From the NCBI GenBank assembly GCA_013239625.1, contig MU054187.1, positions 1,869,757 to 1,933,756 of the forward strand: 64,000 nt of DNA, written 5' to 3'. The stretch is from Lama guanicoe (taxonomy: Eukaryota). The translations under genes and the position numbers were made by a program. Positions 1 through 12,467 of the stretch are shown piece after piece. The notes below the pieces were generated by a model, which saw only the letters and a program-made list of their open reading frames with translations, had not been told where the DNA came from and did not search any database. Position 1 is the stretch's first letter. Each line of letters opens with the position of its first letter.

Positions 1-1111
1 ACTAAAAAGAAAAGCGCCTCAAGATACAGCAGGGGAGCTCGCGGGAGCCCTGTCACTTGGCCTCCACCAGGCTTGGTAAACACGAGCCCCGAGCTATAAG
101 TAAATAGAGGCCCCACTTCACAAACACAGACCAATTAAAATGACAAAGGCGACCACACTTCTGGGTGGAGCTTCGCGGAGCTTTCTTGGCCCTGGGCTCC
201 AGCACAGAATGGGCTCCAGTCCGCATCCCCTGGCGTTCCGTCCCTTCCCTGTCACGCTGGCCGCGGGCCGCACTCCCCTCTGCAGGCTGTGCCGCCGAGC
301 TCACCAGGGAATTGCTGCCACTTCCCTCCCTGCCTCCCAGGGCTCTGCCTCGCCGTCCTAACGGCATTTGGTAACTAAATGACGGAAGACCCAGTCAGGC
401 CTTCAGAAGGAGCAGCCGCCCACTGCCAAAAACAAGCGGGTGCTTTTAGGGGGCACGGGAGGACGCACAATCAAGGAGTAACATCTTGCCTCCAGATACG
501 TGCCTGGAAACGATTTTTCAAACCCTCTTTGCCGTCGTTTCCTCTTAAGCAGCTACTTGGTGAGGGCTGAGCTTTTTGTTGGTTTGTGTGTAGGGCTGAA
601 CCCCGTAGCAACGTTTGAGAAAGTTTCAGTCTGTTTTTCAAAGGAAAACCACCATGGCAGTAGCCTCTTACAAGAGCAGGCGACACTCTGTGTCCAGCAC
701 AGAAAAAGGAAAAGACAGTAATAAGAACGTATCACCGTAGAAGAGAAAAACCACTAAAAAATTTAAAAAGGAATTAAAACCTCCCATCCATTCAATGTTC
801 AACAAACCTCACAGGCACTGTGCCAGGCTCTCTGCACAGATGAGGAGTGAGAGAAAGGCCCTGAGCGTTCTCCTCCCGCAGGACCGACGGGGACTGCTGG
901 AGACCCTTTCCCCAGCGTTCTCTGCGTCCCGGTTTCCTGAGAGGGCTCCCCACCCCTTCCCTGGCCCCAGCCTCCCTCCGAGCACACGCCCTCCAAGGGA
1001 CCTTCAGCACAAGTACCAGATAGCGTCCCCCGGGCTGCTGCAGTCCTGTCCTCCAAGTCTCTGTGAACCAAAGCAAAGCAGTCTACTGCTCGCTGGAACT
1101 GGGTGCAATAT

Positions 1112-1345
1112 ATTTTTTTTAATTTTTTTATTGACATGTAGTTGATTTCCAGTGTCAGTTTCAGGTGTCAGTTTCACTTATACATACATACATATTTTTT
1201 CTTTTCAGATTCTTTTCCATTTTGGGTTGTTATGAGAAATTGAATGTAGTTTCTTGTGCTGTACACTAGGTCTTTGTTGCCTGTCTATTCTGTATACAGT
1301 GATGTGTGTCTGTTAATCCCCAGCCCCTAGTTTATCCCTCCTCGC
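1112..1345 (-). mobile_element. L1 3' end fragment
   Basis: Poly-T followed by the reverse complement of the artiodactyl L1 3' UTR seen elsewhere in the window. Confidence 0.85.
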
Positions 1346-1431
1346 CCTCACAACATGAGATTCTTTACAGCTTGACTTCAAGAACAGTTCCACTTCCCAT
1401 GTGACGACGGGGTGTGTTCGCTCAGACGTAC

Positions 1432-1583
1432 AGTCCTGCCTAGCATGCAGGCTATCAGTGCATCGATGTTTTGCAGGACATTTGACATTGTAAAGAATCT
1501 GACGGCCTAGCGCAAAATTTCGTTGTGCAGTTTAAAGGGAATACTCCAGTGTAAGGATGCATGAGGGGCAGCGAAAGTTCCAC
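1432..1583 (-). pseudogene. EGF-like exon remnant
   Basis: ttttcag acceptor and ACT|gtacgt donor. Cys-rich frames (WNFRCP, PYTG, ACMLGRT). Confidence 0.35.
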
Positions 1584-1814
1584 CTGAAAACCCCCACAAT
1601 GGGAGTGCACGGGACTTACACCCACTCTTGAGAACGCCTTCCTGAGTTACCAGCCTGTCCCTGAGTGAACCATCCGGGATGTCGCGTGTACAGTGTAGTG
1701 ATAACGTCAATTCCTGGCTGACAGACCAGGCACCTGACCAATCTCAGGACTTTAACAGGTACGACGAACACTGAAATAAATAATCCCCTATTATCGAAAA
1801 CTTTAAAAAAGAAC

Positions 1815-3895
1815 AGCTTTGTTGAAATATAAATGATATACCAAATTCGTTACCCTTTTAAATTACACAATTTAATGATGTTTAGAGCATTCATAGTCGT
1901 GCGATCATTACCACAATTCTAGGGCGTTTTCATCAGCCCCCAAAGACACGCCAAAACCATCGGCAGCCACTCCCCATTCCGACCCCTCCCCGCTCAGCCA
2001 GCTCCCTCCTCTGAGCCCAGGTAGCCGCTGGCCTGCTTTCTGCCGCTGGGAACTCACCCTTTAGGGATATTTCGCAGTACTCGTGCACTGCCTTGTCCTT
2101 TAGAGCGGCATCTTTCACTTGGCGTGTTCTCACGTCTCGTCCGTGTTGTGGCGGGGATTGGCACGTTGCCCCATTTATACGCCCCTTCACCGGCTGATAG
2201 AGGCCTGCGAGTCGTGCTGCTCTAGGCATTCCTGCGTAAGTTTTTGTGTGGAAGTACATTTCCATTTCTCCTGGGCATATTCCTTGGAGTGGAATTGCTG
2301 GGTCATTTGGGTTAAACCCTACCTTTACCTGTTTGAGGACTTTCTGAATTGTTTTCCGAAGCAGTGGCACCATTTCACATTCCCCTGAGCAGTGCGTGAG
2401 GGTTCGAATTTCTCCACATCTTCACCCACACTGGTTATTATCTATCTTCTTATTTTTATCACTGTCCTCCTGGGGCACGTGAGTGCACGTAAGAAGGTTT
2501 GATTTGCATCTCCCTGATGACTAACGACGTTGAGGATTTCTACATGTGCTTGTTGGTTATTTGATACCCGTTATGGAGAGCTGCGTATTCAGGTCTTCTG
2601 CTCATTTTTAAATTGGGTTGTTTGTCTTTTTATTACTGGGTTGTAGGAATTCTTTACACATCTCTCTCTCTCTCTCTCCTAGATATAAGCCCCTTGTCAG
2701 GTACATAAATTTGCAAAACGTTTCTCCTGCTGTGTGTGTTGTCTTTTTACTTTCTTAATTTTGTCCTTCAAAGCAGAAAGGGCTTTAGTTTCGATGATGC
2801 CCAGTTAACCTGTGTTTCACTGATGCTTTTGCTTTGGTGTCATATCTAAGGAAGAATTGCCAAGTCAAGGTCACAAAGGTTATGTCTGTGCTTCCTTCAA
2901 AGGGTTTTGTAGTTTTAGCCTTTGCAGGTAGGTCTTTGATTCACTTTGAGTTAATTTTCATCTGTGGCATGAGGTAGGGATCCAACTGCATTCTTTTGCC
3001 TGTGAATACCCGGTTGTCCAAGTATCTTTGTTAGAAAGAACATGCTCTCCCTGCTGAGTTGCCTTGGCAGCCTTGTTGCAGTCGATTTACCATGGAGGTG
3101 AGGACGCATTTCCAGACTCCATTCTCCTCTGTTGCTCTTTACGCCAGTGCCTCCCCACCTTGACTACCGCAGCTTTGAAATAAGTTTTGAAATTGGGGCA
3201 GCTCTGTCCCCGCACTTTGTTCTTTTCCAAGACTGTTTTGGCTCGTAGGCAGCCCTTGAACTTCCACATGAAATTCAGGATCAGCTTGTCAACTTCCGCA
3301 ACGAAGCCAGCAGGGACTCTGACAGCGGCGGTGCTGGGTCTGCAGAGCGCTTCGGGGAGTGTTGCCACCTTGATGCTGCTGGCGCGTCTCACCCACGGAC
3401 ATGCCTGTTCCTTCATTTAGGCCTTCTTTCTTTGCTTTCAACGACGTCCTACAGCGTTCAAAGGTTTACACTTCTCCTGTTAAATTTATTCCTAAGTATT
3501 TTATTCTTTTTGATACTATTTGAGGTAAAATTCTTTTCTTACTTTCATGCTCTGTTTGTTTATTTATTGTGTAGAAATACAATTGATGCTTACGTTTACG
3601 ACAAATTCAGTAAGGTTTCAAGTTACAAAATAAGTTCTTAGATCTAATCGTTTTTAATGGATCCCTTAGTATTTTCTACGTATGCATCTATCTGCAGCAT
3701 AATGTCATCTGCAAATGGAAACAGTCTTGCTGCTTCCTGTCAACATGGACGACTTTTATTTCATTTTCTCACGTAAGTGTCCTGGCCGGAGCCTCCAGTA
3801 CAGCACAGAGCGGGAAGAGCAGACGCCGTGGCTTTGTTCCTGGTCTCAGAAGGTGAGAATTCAGTCTTCCGTGGGTGTGTGTGATGTTAGCTAAT
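1815..3895 (-). mobile_element. Old L1 (L1M-type) ORF2/3' UTR remnant
   Basis: ORF 3087-3416 gives an L1 ORF2-like peptide (DKLILNFMWK...PNFKTYFKA). ORF 1933-2373 gives DPAIPLQGICP. Confidence 0.9.
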
Positions 3896-4213
3896 TTCGG
3901 AATTTTGAAGCTCAGTTTAAAAACATTTTAAAAGTTAAAGCTAATTTCTACCTGGCACAGTGAACTGCCCTACACTGGTGTGACTTCCGGAGAGACCGGA
4001 AAGAAACCCTCTATGTCCACAATTTCACAAGCACCTGACGTGGAATTTTCACCACTGCCGCCCCCACAACGAAGGTGTGGCTGGAACCCCGACACAGGGC
4101 TCGGGCTGCTGTGGTGGCTCAGAGCCCCACAGGGGAGTCAGCGACAGCCTGTCGGGGCTGAGTGACTAGGTGTGCTTTGAAATGTAGGTTCTGGTAGCAA
4201 AGGACAACTGGAC

Positions 4214-4405
4214 CCCAGGTTCAGTGATGTTGTAGGGGCCCATCTCTAGGTTGTCGCCTTCCCTGCCCATGTTGTGAACACGCTCTGCCAAGGTCAGGGG
4301 CAGGCAGCCCACCTGAATTCCACCTGCTTCCCGGGATTAAACCAAACAGCCTCAGTCGTAAGGATCTTGCCCATCCAGGATCCCTGCATCTTCCATTTTT
4401 AATCT
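4214..4405 (-). pseudogene. LamG tail + EGF exon remnant
   Basis: tctgcag acceptor. EIKNGR / ACSQHGQ / GPYN...PG. Confidence 0.35.
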
Positions 4406-4468
4406 CTGCAGATGGGCTCGGAGCATTTCCTGTACCTACTTGCAAAAGTAGACATACTTGTAGCCAAT

Positions 4469-4873
4469 AAAACGTAACAAAATTGAATCAGGTATCAGAA
4501 CACGATAGACTTAAACGACATGTCGAGAATGCATGCAGGACGAGGCGCCCCCAGGGCAGCTCCACGCCAGTACAAGTGATCCCGATAAAGAGGCTGATGT
4601 CGTCAACACCGCTGACAGCGAGCACCCGTCTCGCACTCACCCCACGGCAGGCACTGCCCTCAGTGCCTTTACAAAACGTAAAAAAATTGAATCAGGTATC
4701 AAACACGATAGACTTAAATGACATGTCGAGAATGCATGTAGGACGAGGCGCCCCCAGGGCAGCTCCACGCCAGCACAAGTGATCCCGATAAAGAGGCTGA
4801 TGTCGTCAACACCGCTGGCAGCAAGCACCCGTCTCGCACTCACCCCACGGCAGGCACTGCCCTCAGTGCCTTT
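4469..4873. repeat. Tandem duplication, two copies of about 204 bp
   Basis: aaaacgtaa.aaaattgaatcaggtatc...ctcagtgccttt starts at 4469 and again at 4673, with few mismatches. Confidence 0.95.
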
Positions 4874-5125
4874 TGAGGCTAATGTGGAAGCAGAAGTACT
4901 AGAGTCTCCCCACGTTTCCCAGGTGCGTCCCACCAGGAAAGGGCTGAGCCAGGGCTAGGCTCCGGCGGCCGGCCTCCCGGCAGTCACGCTCCATCACCAT
5001 TGAACGCATCATGTCTGTGTCTATACGTTTGCAATATGGTCTTCATATCAATACACACAGCTTTGCTCCATCACACAGCAGCTGAACTGCATTTGGGCCA
5101 TGCACCTGGCGGGCCGCTCACTCAC

Positions 5126-5388
5126 CTCATCTACCTGGTGACGTGCTGCATCCCTCAGCCACACAAAGTCCAAGTTAAGATCCCTGCGCATACTTTGCAC
5201 GTGTGGTGACACGGTGGCTTTGGACCATGGACTTAGCTGATCTGAACTGTCGCCATGGTGACCCGCTCGTCCACGTCATCCCGCGGCACTCTGGCTGGTT
5301 CTGGGTCACGTTCCCATCACTGGAAGCCTTGCACTGTGCCCGCACTGAGCGCGTGCAAATCATTCTAGGTGTGGAGGGTCTCGTTTCT
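5126..5388 (-). pseudogene. LamG core exon remnant
   Basis: tgcag acceptor and GAG|gtgagt donor. SDGNV...SHRVTTRAKYAQGS. Confidence 0.45.
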
Positions 5389-5466
5389 CTGCATAACCCC
5401 TCCCTCTACACACAGACACAAACACACAGCATTTATTCTATTTAGATGGATTTGGGCTTAAACGGG

Positions 5467-6127
5467 TGTCTCAGCTCAGGCTGCTCTAACAGAATACCAC
5501 GGCCTGGGCAGCGTGAACAGCAGTGCTCTCACCCACAGTTCTGGAGGCTGAGAAGCCCAAGATGAAGGTGGTTTGGTTCTTGGTAGGAACTCGTCCGGCT
5601 TGCAGGTGGATACTTTCGCAGTGTCCTCCCACAGTGGACAGAGAGTTCTGGTCTCTTCCTCCCCTTGTGAGGGCACTAATCCCACCTTGGGGGCTCCACC
5701 CACATGACCTCATCTAAAATGAATCACCTCCCCAGAGCCCTGCCTCCAAATACCATCCCACTGGCCACTGGGGTTTCCGGATATTAATTTAGGCAGACTC
5801 ACAGACACAGAAAACAAACTTATGGTTACCATGGGGGAAAGGGGGTGGGGAGGGATAAATTCGGAGTTTGGGATTTGCAAATACTAACTACTATATGTAA
5901 AATAGATAAACAACAAGTTCTTACTGTACAGCACAGGGAACTATGTTCAGTATTTTGTAGTTATCTATACTGAAAAAGAATACGAAAAGAAATATATGTA
6001 TGCCTATGTATGACTGGAACACTGTGCCATCCACCAGAAATTGACACAACATTGTAAACTGACTAGACTTCAATTAAAAAAAAATATATTACTTCAGGGA
6101 TGACACAAACATTCAGTCCATAACAAC
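5467..6127. mobile_element. MaLR (MLT1/MST-type) LTR interrupted by an L1 3' end
   Basis: Typical motifs cacagttctggaggct, atcacctccc, aaataccatc and terminal acattcagtccataaca. Confidence 0.8.
5794..6084 (+). mobile_element. 5'-truncated L1 nested in the LTR
   Basis: L1 3' UTR plus A tail. Diverged TSD atattaatttagg / atattacttcagg. Confidence 0.9.
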
Positions 6128-6427
6128 TAGCTCACTCCCTCTTCACAGAAAGGCAAATCAGCCCTATTATGATTCCGTTTAGGAAAAACCCCACATTTCC
6201 TAGACTTCCTGGTTTCTGTCTCGCTGTGGTTTGACGTGGCAGACCGCAACATGGCAATCAAAGGACTCCCTGCAGTTTCTACAATTGGCTTTGTGAATGC
6301 GTTTGAAGTATGTGTCCTCATGACTGAACAGTTAGCGTTTAGAACAACAGGGGAAAGGCAGAGCGCATGAGGGAGGACGGCCTCGGAACGGCCCCACCAG
6401 CGCGGACAAGCCAGGCGGCTGGCACAC

Positions 6428-6551
6428 GCTCTGAACACCCTGGGCGCCCGGTGAGGCCGGCCGGGCGCTCAGGAAGCCCAGCTGCCGCCACCGACTTCGA
6501 AGAGGTGAGAGGAAGACACGCCGACCCCACGTACACCGGAACCGTCAAAAG
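6428..6551 (-). pseudogene. LamG C-terminal exon remnant
   Basis: tttcttcag acceptor. PVYVG/GVSSSHL/ERPAGLTG, compare EYS FYIGGVSSLNL...NEPVGFQG. Confidence 0.55.
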
Positions 6552-6855
6552 CTGAAGAAATAAGCTGGAAGGAGCAACGGGGAGCAAGGCTGCCAGCTCT
6601 CCCAAACGCAGAGGTGGGTGGGGAGACCCACAGCCTCCCCTTGGGACGGAGTCAGGGGCGAGAGTGTCCGCAGAAGACAGCGGACTGGCAGTTCCCCGGC
6701 CGCAAGGGCTGCCTGAACCAGCAGGAAGATGTGGTACCAACCAACCCAGCGCGTGGCGGGGCGAGGCCCGTGCAGCCCAACTTCGCAACAAGGGTCAGGC
6801 CTCCCCTTGGCCGCAGAGCAGCCGTAAGCGGGGTGTCCGCGTCCACACACGTCAC

Positions 6856-6998
6856 CTGGGGTCGGAGGCAGCGCAGGGCTGTCTGGCTCCGAGGCAAAGA
6901 GCAGACATGTCTTATCTCGGAGACGCCTCCCTGGGATTCCCTCAACGGCTGTCTCGTTCCTGCTTTGCATCTCGGCTAATTCATCTTGGAGGCGACAG
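6856..6998 (-). pseudogene. Exon remnant
   Basis: Long pyrimidine tract with ctcag acceptor and CAG|gtgacg donor. One open frame, domain identity weak. Confidence 0.4.
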
Positions 6999-7292
6999 CT
7001 GAGAGCAGAGCGAAATGACGAGGAAGCGGGACAGGAAAGGAGGCACAAGGATCGCCGCCCAGCCCGGCCTGCAAGCGGGCTGAGTGGCCGGCGGCTCCTC
7101 CCCGCCCTCAGCAAGCTCCCTCTGGGCAGAAGACTGCGAATTTGCAGATCACGACAAAACTCAAATACTGGGAAACAGCAGAGAGCATTTCGGTCCAGCG
7201 TGCACGTCTGTCCAGGTGAGAATGAGTCCCCTCCTCCTTCATTGCCAAAAATTGAGTGTCAGTTTGCTTGTCTTTGGGGGGGAGCAACGAGG

Positions 7293-7397
7293 CTTATTGA
7301 TTGATTGATTGATTGGTTTTTCGTGGAGGGGATGGTAATTGAACCCAGGACCTCGTGCATGCTAAGCACGTGCTCTACCACTGAGCTATGCTCTCCC
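7293..7397 (-). mobile_element. tRNA-derived SINE (camelid type)
   Basis: Reverse complement of agctcagtggtagagcacgtgcttagcatgcacgaggtcctgggttcaat with a simple-repeat tail. Confidence 0.85.
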
Positions 7398-8577
7398 TCC
7401 CACCCTGGAAACTTTTAGGATGAACTACAGGGTGCAGATAAATGGGTGAATGCATTGGCACATAGCATGACTGATGAACTTGTGCAGGAAGATGGCCAAG
7501 AAAGAACCTAATCGCAGTTCTGAGTTATCAGAGCAGCCTAGTCTGGGACGCCAGGCTTCTGAAAGGCCTTCTCAGGCCGCCACGCAGGAGCACTTAGAAC
7601 CACACGAAGGCACAATGCCTCACCGCCACAGACGTTTTCGAGGACACACCGGCTGCCCTTCGACCACCAGGCAGCTTGGCCGGTGCGGGTTCAGGGAGAG
7701 AGGGTCGGGTTCGATGCATCTGGCAATCACGTTATGGAGTGGTCTCTGGGCAGGTTTGAGAACTTGTGGACCTGCTTGGCTCCTCCTCCAAGAGACTGGA
7801 GTCTGAGTATCGACATCTGTGTCAGAGAGAGTGACCCTCTTCTCTGCACTGTCACCTCCAGGATGGGGTCATGGAATCCAAAGGGGAGAGGTTACTAGGC
7901 CCTTAAAAGTCACTCTGCACAAGCCCTTCCATTTACAGATGAAGAAACACAGAAGTTGGTTTTGGCCCAGTTTACCGGGTTATTTATTTCCTGGCTCTCT
8001 GACCCAGAATCTCCTGCTCTTCCACACTGGCCCTCTCTCCCACAACATCCTCTCCTACCCGTTCAGGGATGGAGACCCTGCTGAGTGGCTCCATGAAGGC
8101 TCCCGAAACCTCACTTTGACAATCGTGGCAAAACCACACTTGTACCTCTTGTTGCTCAGCTCTATTTTCAATAAGTTTCTTTCCTGCCCCAACAAATGGG
8201 GAAAGAGAATTTAGAAAATAAAAGTGCAAGAGAACAATAATGATTTGCTTTATTTTCCTCTAGAGTTTTTCTCAGGGAAAGAAAATGTGCATATCTTGTT
8301 TTACGTTGTGTGCCTATGTTGTGCACACAGTTTTGTCTCCTGCTACGTTCACTCAACATCATACATAGCATCAGCATTTTCTAAATCTTCTCAAGTCTTT
8401 GTAGAAATCATCTTAGTGGATGGGGTCAAAAACTTAATCTCGTCAAATGCTTGTTCTGTGGTTTGCTCAGTCCTCCCCTGCTGCATGACTGGGGTTTTCA
8501 GTGTTTCTCTATTATAAACAATGCTGCAGTGAACATCCCTGTTGGGAAGTATTTTTTTCCCTACTTAGGAAGAGTCT

Positions 8578-9168
8578 CAAAAACTCTAATTCAAAAAGAT
8601 ACCTGCACCCCAGTGTTCATAGCAGCACTATTTACAACAGCCAAGACATGGAAACAGCCTAAACGTCCATTGACAGATGACTGGATAAAGAAGCTGTGGT
8701 ATATTTATACAGTGGAATACTACTCAGCCATAAATAAGAATGAAATCATGCCATTTGCAGCAACACGGATGGACCTGGAGATGACTACACCAAGTGAAGT
8801 AAGACAGACAAAGACAAGAATCGCACGACTTACACGTGGAATCTCAAATATGATACAAATGAACTTATTTACAAGACAGAAACAGACTCACAGACATAGA
8901 AAACAAACTTATGGTTACCAAAGGGGAAGGGTGTCAGAGAAGGAATAAATTAGGAATTTGGGACTAGCAGATAGAAATTATTATGTACAGAATAGATAAA
9001 GAACAAGGTCCTACTGTACAGTACAAAGAACCAGATTCAGCATCTTATAATAACCCATAATGGAAAAGACCTTATATATGTATAACTGAATCACTTTGCT
9101 GTACACCAGAAACTAGCGCAACATTGTAAATCAACTCTTCTTCAGTAAAAAAAAATTAAAAAAAAAAC
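8578..9168 (+). mobile_element. L1 3' fragment (ORF2 C-terminus + 3' UTR)
   Basis: KDTCTPVFIAALFTTAKTWKQPK...WIKKLWYIYTVEYYSAI, then 3' UTR and A tail. Confidence 0.95.
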
Positions 9169-9182
9169 ACCTCTAAAACAGT

Positions 9183-9335
9183 AAGAGAAAGAGAAAGAAA
9201 GAAAGAAAGAAAGAAAGAGAAGGAAGAAAGAAAAGGAAGGAAGGAAAATAGAAGAAAAGAAAAGAAAGGAAGGAAAATAGAAGAAAAGAAGAAAAAGAAA
9301 AGGAGACAGAGAGAGGAAGGAAGGAAGGAACGAAG
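9183..9335 (+). repeat. (GAAA)/(GGAA) purine microsatellite
   Basis: Seen directly, just after the L1 tail. Confidence 0.95.
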
Positions 9336-9639
9336 GATTGATTCTCAAAAATAAAAATCCTGCACTGAAGTGTCTGGATATGTCTCAAGTGTTTGATACC
9401 TTCTTCCAGACTGGGCCCCACCGAGGTGACACTCGTGTGCACCGCCACCGCAGGAGAGTCCTTGTCCGACCGGGAGTCAGTGCTGTTGAACACGTCTCGT
9501 TAAGGCGCTGTTCCCTCTGCTGCTGCGTGTCTAGGAGCTTGTCAGTGGACACTCAACATCACCACTTCAGATCTCTCCCCACAAGCCCCCCGCCCCTGCC
9601 CCGGCCCCAAAGCTCGTGCATTCATGACTTCGAAGGTTT

Positions 9640-9948
9640 TCGCAGGAAACGCATCTCACAGGAGGCGTGTGAATTGAGTAACCACATCCTTGACAACAAC
9701 AATTTCCATCTGGGTCCTCTGCTGTCCGCCGGCGCACTGTTAATCCCTCCAAATGCCACCCAGCCTGCTGCCTTGTCTTCCGTCTTCCTTCCGAATACGT
9801 CCCCATGAAGCCGTCCCCTCCCTGAGAACGGGAGCTCTGCTCCACAACAACCCGGGCTTAGTCCAGAGTGCGATATCCAGCAGGAGCGACTCAGCAAGTG
9901 TCCGTGGAACACACGAATGAAGGAGCAATTGCTTTCCCAGTGTTGCTG
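9640..9948 (-). pseudogene. LamG exon remnant
   Basis: ctccttttgcag acceptor. IAPSF / DIALWTKPGLLW / GDGFMGTYSEGR...LTV. 3' end uncertain. Confidence 0.55.
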
Positions 9949-10521
9949 CTGCAAAAGGAGTTTGAAAATAAACTCTTGGTCTTTTGCTTCTTAACTGCTA
10001 AATCTGACTTTAGAAATTTAGCCATCAAATGGAGGTGAGAAATGGGGACATGCCTAAAGTATTTGCAAATTAAGGCAAAGAATGGTTCGGTAAATATATG
10101 AACTGAGATGATCTGGGGAATCTCAGTGCAAGAGGAAAATTCACAGAAGTTGTAAGTGACTGAAAACAGACGATTATCGTGAAAAGCATTCTGAAACCTG
10201 GCGATCAGTCCCCAGTGCCGTCGGGGCGTAAAGAGCGGCATTTCCAGGGCACAGTGGGATGAGTTAAGGGAAGCCACGGCGTGATCCTGCGTGTCTGGGA
10301 GCCTCAGTGCACCTCTCACACCGGGCATGCCCAGCTCTTCAGCTTCAGAGGATGTAAGGCTCTGTCAGCAGAAGCCCTTCATTTCTTACAACAGGACAGC
10401 GCGGATCATAACGTGACACCAGCTGCTCAGGCAAAATGGGTTCTATCAGGGCTAATTTAATTTTACATAAGTTGATCTATTTGCATTTGGAGTCCCTGTT
10501 AGGCGGGAGGTCGTACTTTAC

Positions 10522-10669
10522 AGCCTGATCTCGCGTCCAGCCCCAGCGCACGGACAACACGCAGTCAGCGTGCACATCAGAAGTAACAAGCCTCAAGCAC
10601 GCCGACGAAGCCCAGAAATGGCGCGACATGCGCACGGCGAATGGGTTGGCAAGGCAGCTCATTAGCAGC
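10522..10669 (-). pseudogene. EGF exon remnant
   Basis: ttattcag acceptor and GCT|gtaaag donor. SCLANP...SACL...DCV...GWT. Confidence 0.55.
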
Positions 10670-11949
10670 CTGAATAATGAATGCTGCATTTCTCAGACAT
10701 TGCGTTCCTCAGTGCTTCCAGTGAGGCCAGCAGTCCTACAACCCAGTGCCACTACGCTCGTAAGTGACTTTCTTTTAGATCATGACACCTCTGTGTGTCC
10801 TCTCTACACTGGTGGGTGCTCTAGAAATAGTCCTTCTCACCTCAAGCCTGGGTACTTGACATCTTTCCTTGGAGCAGCTAAGGAAGAACAAGTCAACTGC
10901 TAGTAGAAACGTGGAAAATGATTAAAATTAAAAGAAGGAAATGAACCAAATGCAGTAACCACCGAGCAGTAGCCTGCTTCCACACTGGCTCCTGAGCCGT
11001 AGTGACGGGTGTTTACGTGCTGCACAGATTTCCTACACGGGACAAGGCATCAAAGAAGCTTAAAATAAAAATGTCTGTAGGTAAAACGTACTTATCTCTA
11101 TACACATGTGTATATACTATATACACGTCTATGCGAAATATATAAAAATACATGTATGTGACACATATGTGTCCTTTACCTCCAAACCTTGTTCTCAGAA
11201 ACCAGTATTTCTCAAGCAAAACTCCATTCGCGAATGTAACAGAAATAGGAGGAAAGGAGAATGGTGTATTTCAGGGGCACAGCCTTTTTTCCTGTCGAAA
11301 ACCAGGTAATTTCCAATATAACAAGTGGAGGGGGGAGACGGGGGGTGGATTCCACCTGCTCCATACTGTTAAACACACAACCATAGACACAAAAACCAAA
11401 AGCAGCCGTCCCCGGTTTCAAGGCAACACCATATTACACTCTGATCGCACATAGTTTTGATATGTAATAAATTAGTTTTCAAAAAGCCATCCAACTAACA
11501 AACACCATTGCGATTTTTAAAACTTGTCCAGATCCACAGTCATACTTTGAGTTGTAAAAAACGGTTCAGTTGATTTCATAGTTTAATAATTGATGTATTA
11601 TTTTCTCTTTTCCTAATTTTTTGAAGTTATAGAAAGCAATTTACTTATTCATGAAAGAAATTTTGTTTAAATTTTACATATATATGCATCTAAATATGTA
11701 AAATACACAAAAAATTTTTTATCTTAAGCCAAACCATATACAGCGTTTTGTAACATTTTAATTCTGATGTTCTTACATTAAACAAGCTACTTATTCCTCC
11801 AGATCAAAAACCCAACAGTATTAGCAGGTTTGGTTTCTGTATGATGTTTAGTCAAAATCCTAAATACTAACTGATATAAAATTTAAATTAAAATAATTTG
11901 GTGATGGATAGTTCTGTCTTTTTTTCTTTACTACAAGTAAAAATCTTAG

Positions 11950-12062
11950 TTTCTTGGTGGAGGGGTGTGGTTAGCTTTATTTTCAGAGGAGGCACTGGGG
12001 ATTGAACCCAGGACCTTGTGCATGCTAAGCATGCTCACTACCACTTGAGCTGTACCCTCCCC
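11950..12062 (-). mobile_element. tRNA-derived SINE
   Basis: ggggattgaacccaggaccttgtgcatgctaagcatg...gagctgtaccctcccc. Flanked by direct repeat actacaagtaaaa. Confidence 0.9.
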
Positions 12063-12089
12063 GACTACAAGTAAAATCTTGAGAGCCAC

Positions 12090-12467
12090 CTTTGCTATCG
12101 AACCTGGAAAGAGGGAAACTACGTAAGCGAACCAAAGCTTTCCGACCTTGTGACTAGGAGTTGCACCCTGTCTCCTACTATCTGGATTATAATGTTGTCT
12201 ATTGTGTCCTTTCAAAAAGTAAATTATGACTAAAATGAGACGGATGACTTTTGCTAAAGTTCACGTCAAGTTGAAATTCATTTGTTTTCAGTTTATCAAC
12301 TTTGAAGCGATCTCGTCTCAGGGCATTTGGTGCGTCGTATCATCGAGCTTTGCCAGACGCAGTCCATCATCAGAGCTGAAGGTCCGAACAGTAATAATCT
12401 CTTCATTACCGAAATGCAAGTCCAATGCAAGTCGATGTTTATCCATGGTAAATTATTATCCTTCTCA
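12090..12467 (-). pseudogene. LamG exon remnant
   Basis: ctttttag acceptor. IIIYHG* / MDKHRLALDLHFGNEEIITVRTFSSDDG. Donor uncertain. Confidence 0.5.

Noticed and set aside
8451..8948. 165-aa ORF as a host gene
   Set aside because: It is an L1 ORF2 C-terminal fragment read through from flanking sequence.
9622..9954. Resemblance to the ALPK1 alpha-kinase domain (KTEDKAAGWVAFG, EIVVV/QG)
   Set aside because: The matches were mutually inconsistent in order and isolated. The LamG reading fits the flanking exons much better.
12291..12447. Possible plus-strand exon (ttttcag ... ATG|gtaaat)
   Set aside because: No partner plus-strand exons. The same DNA is better explained as a minus-strand LamG remnant.
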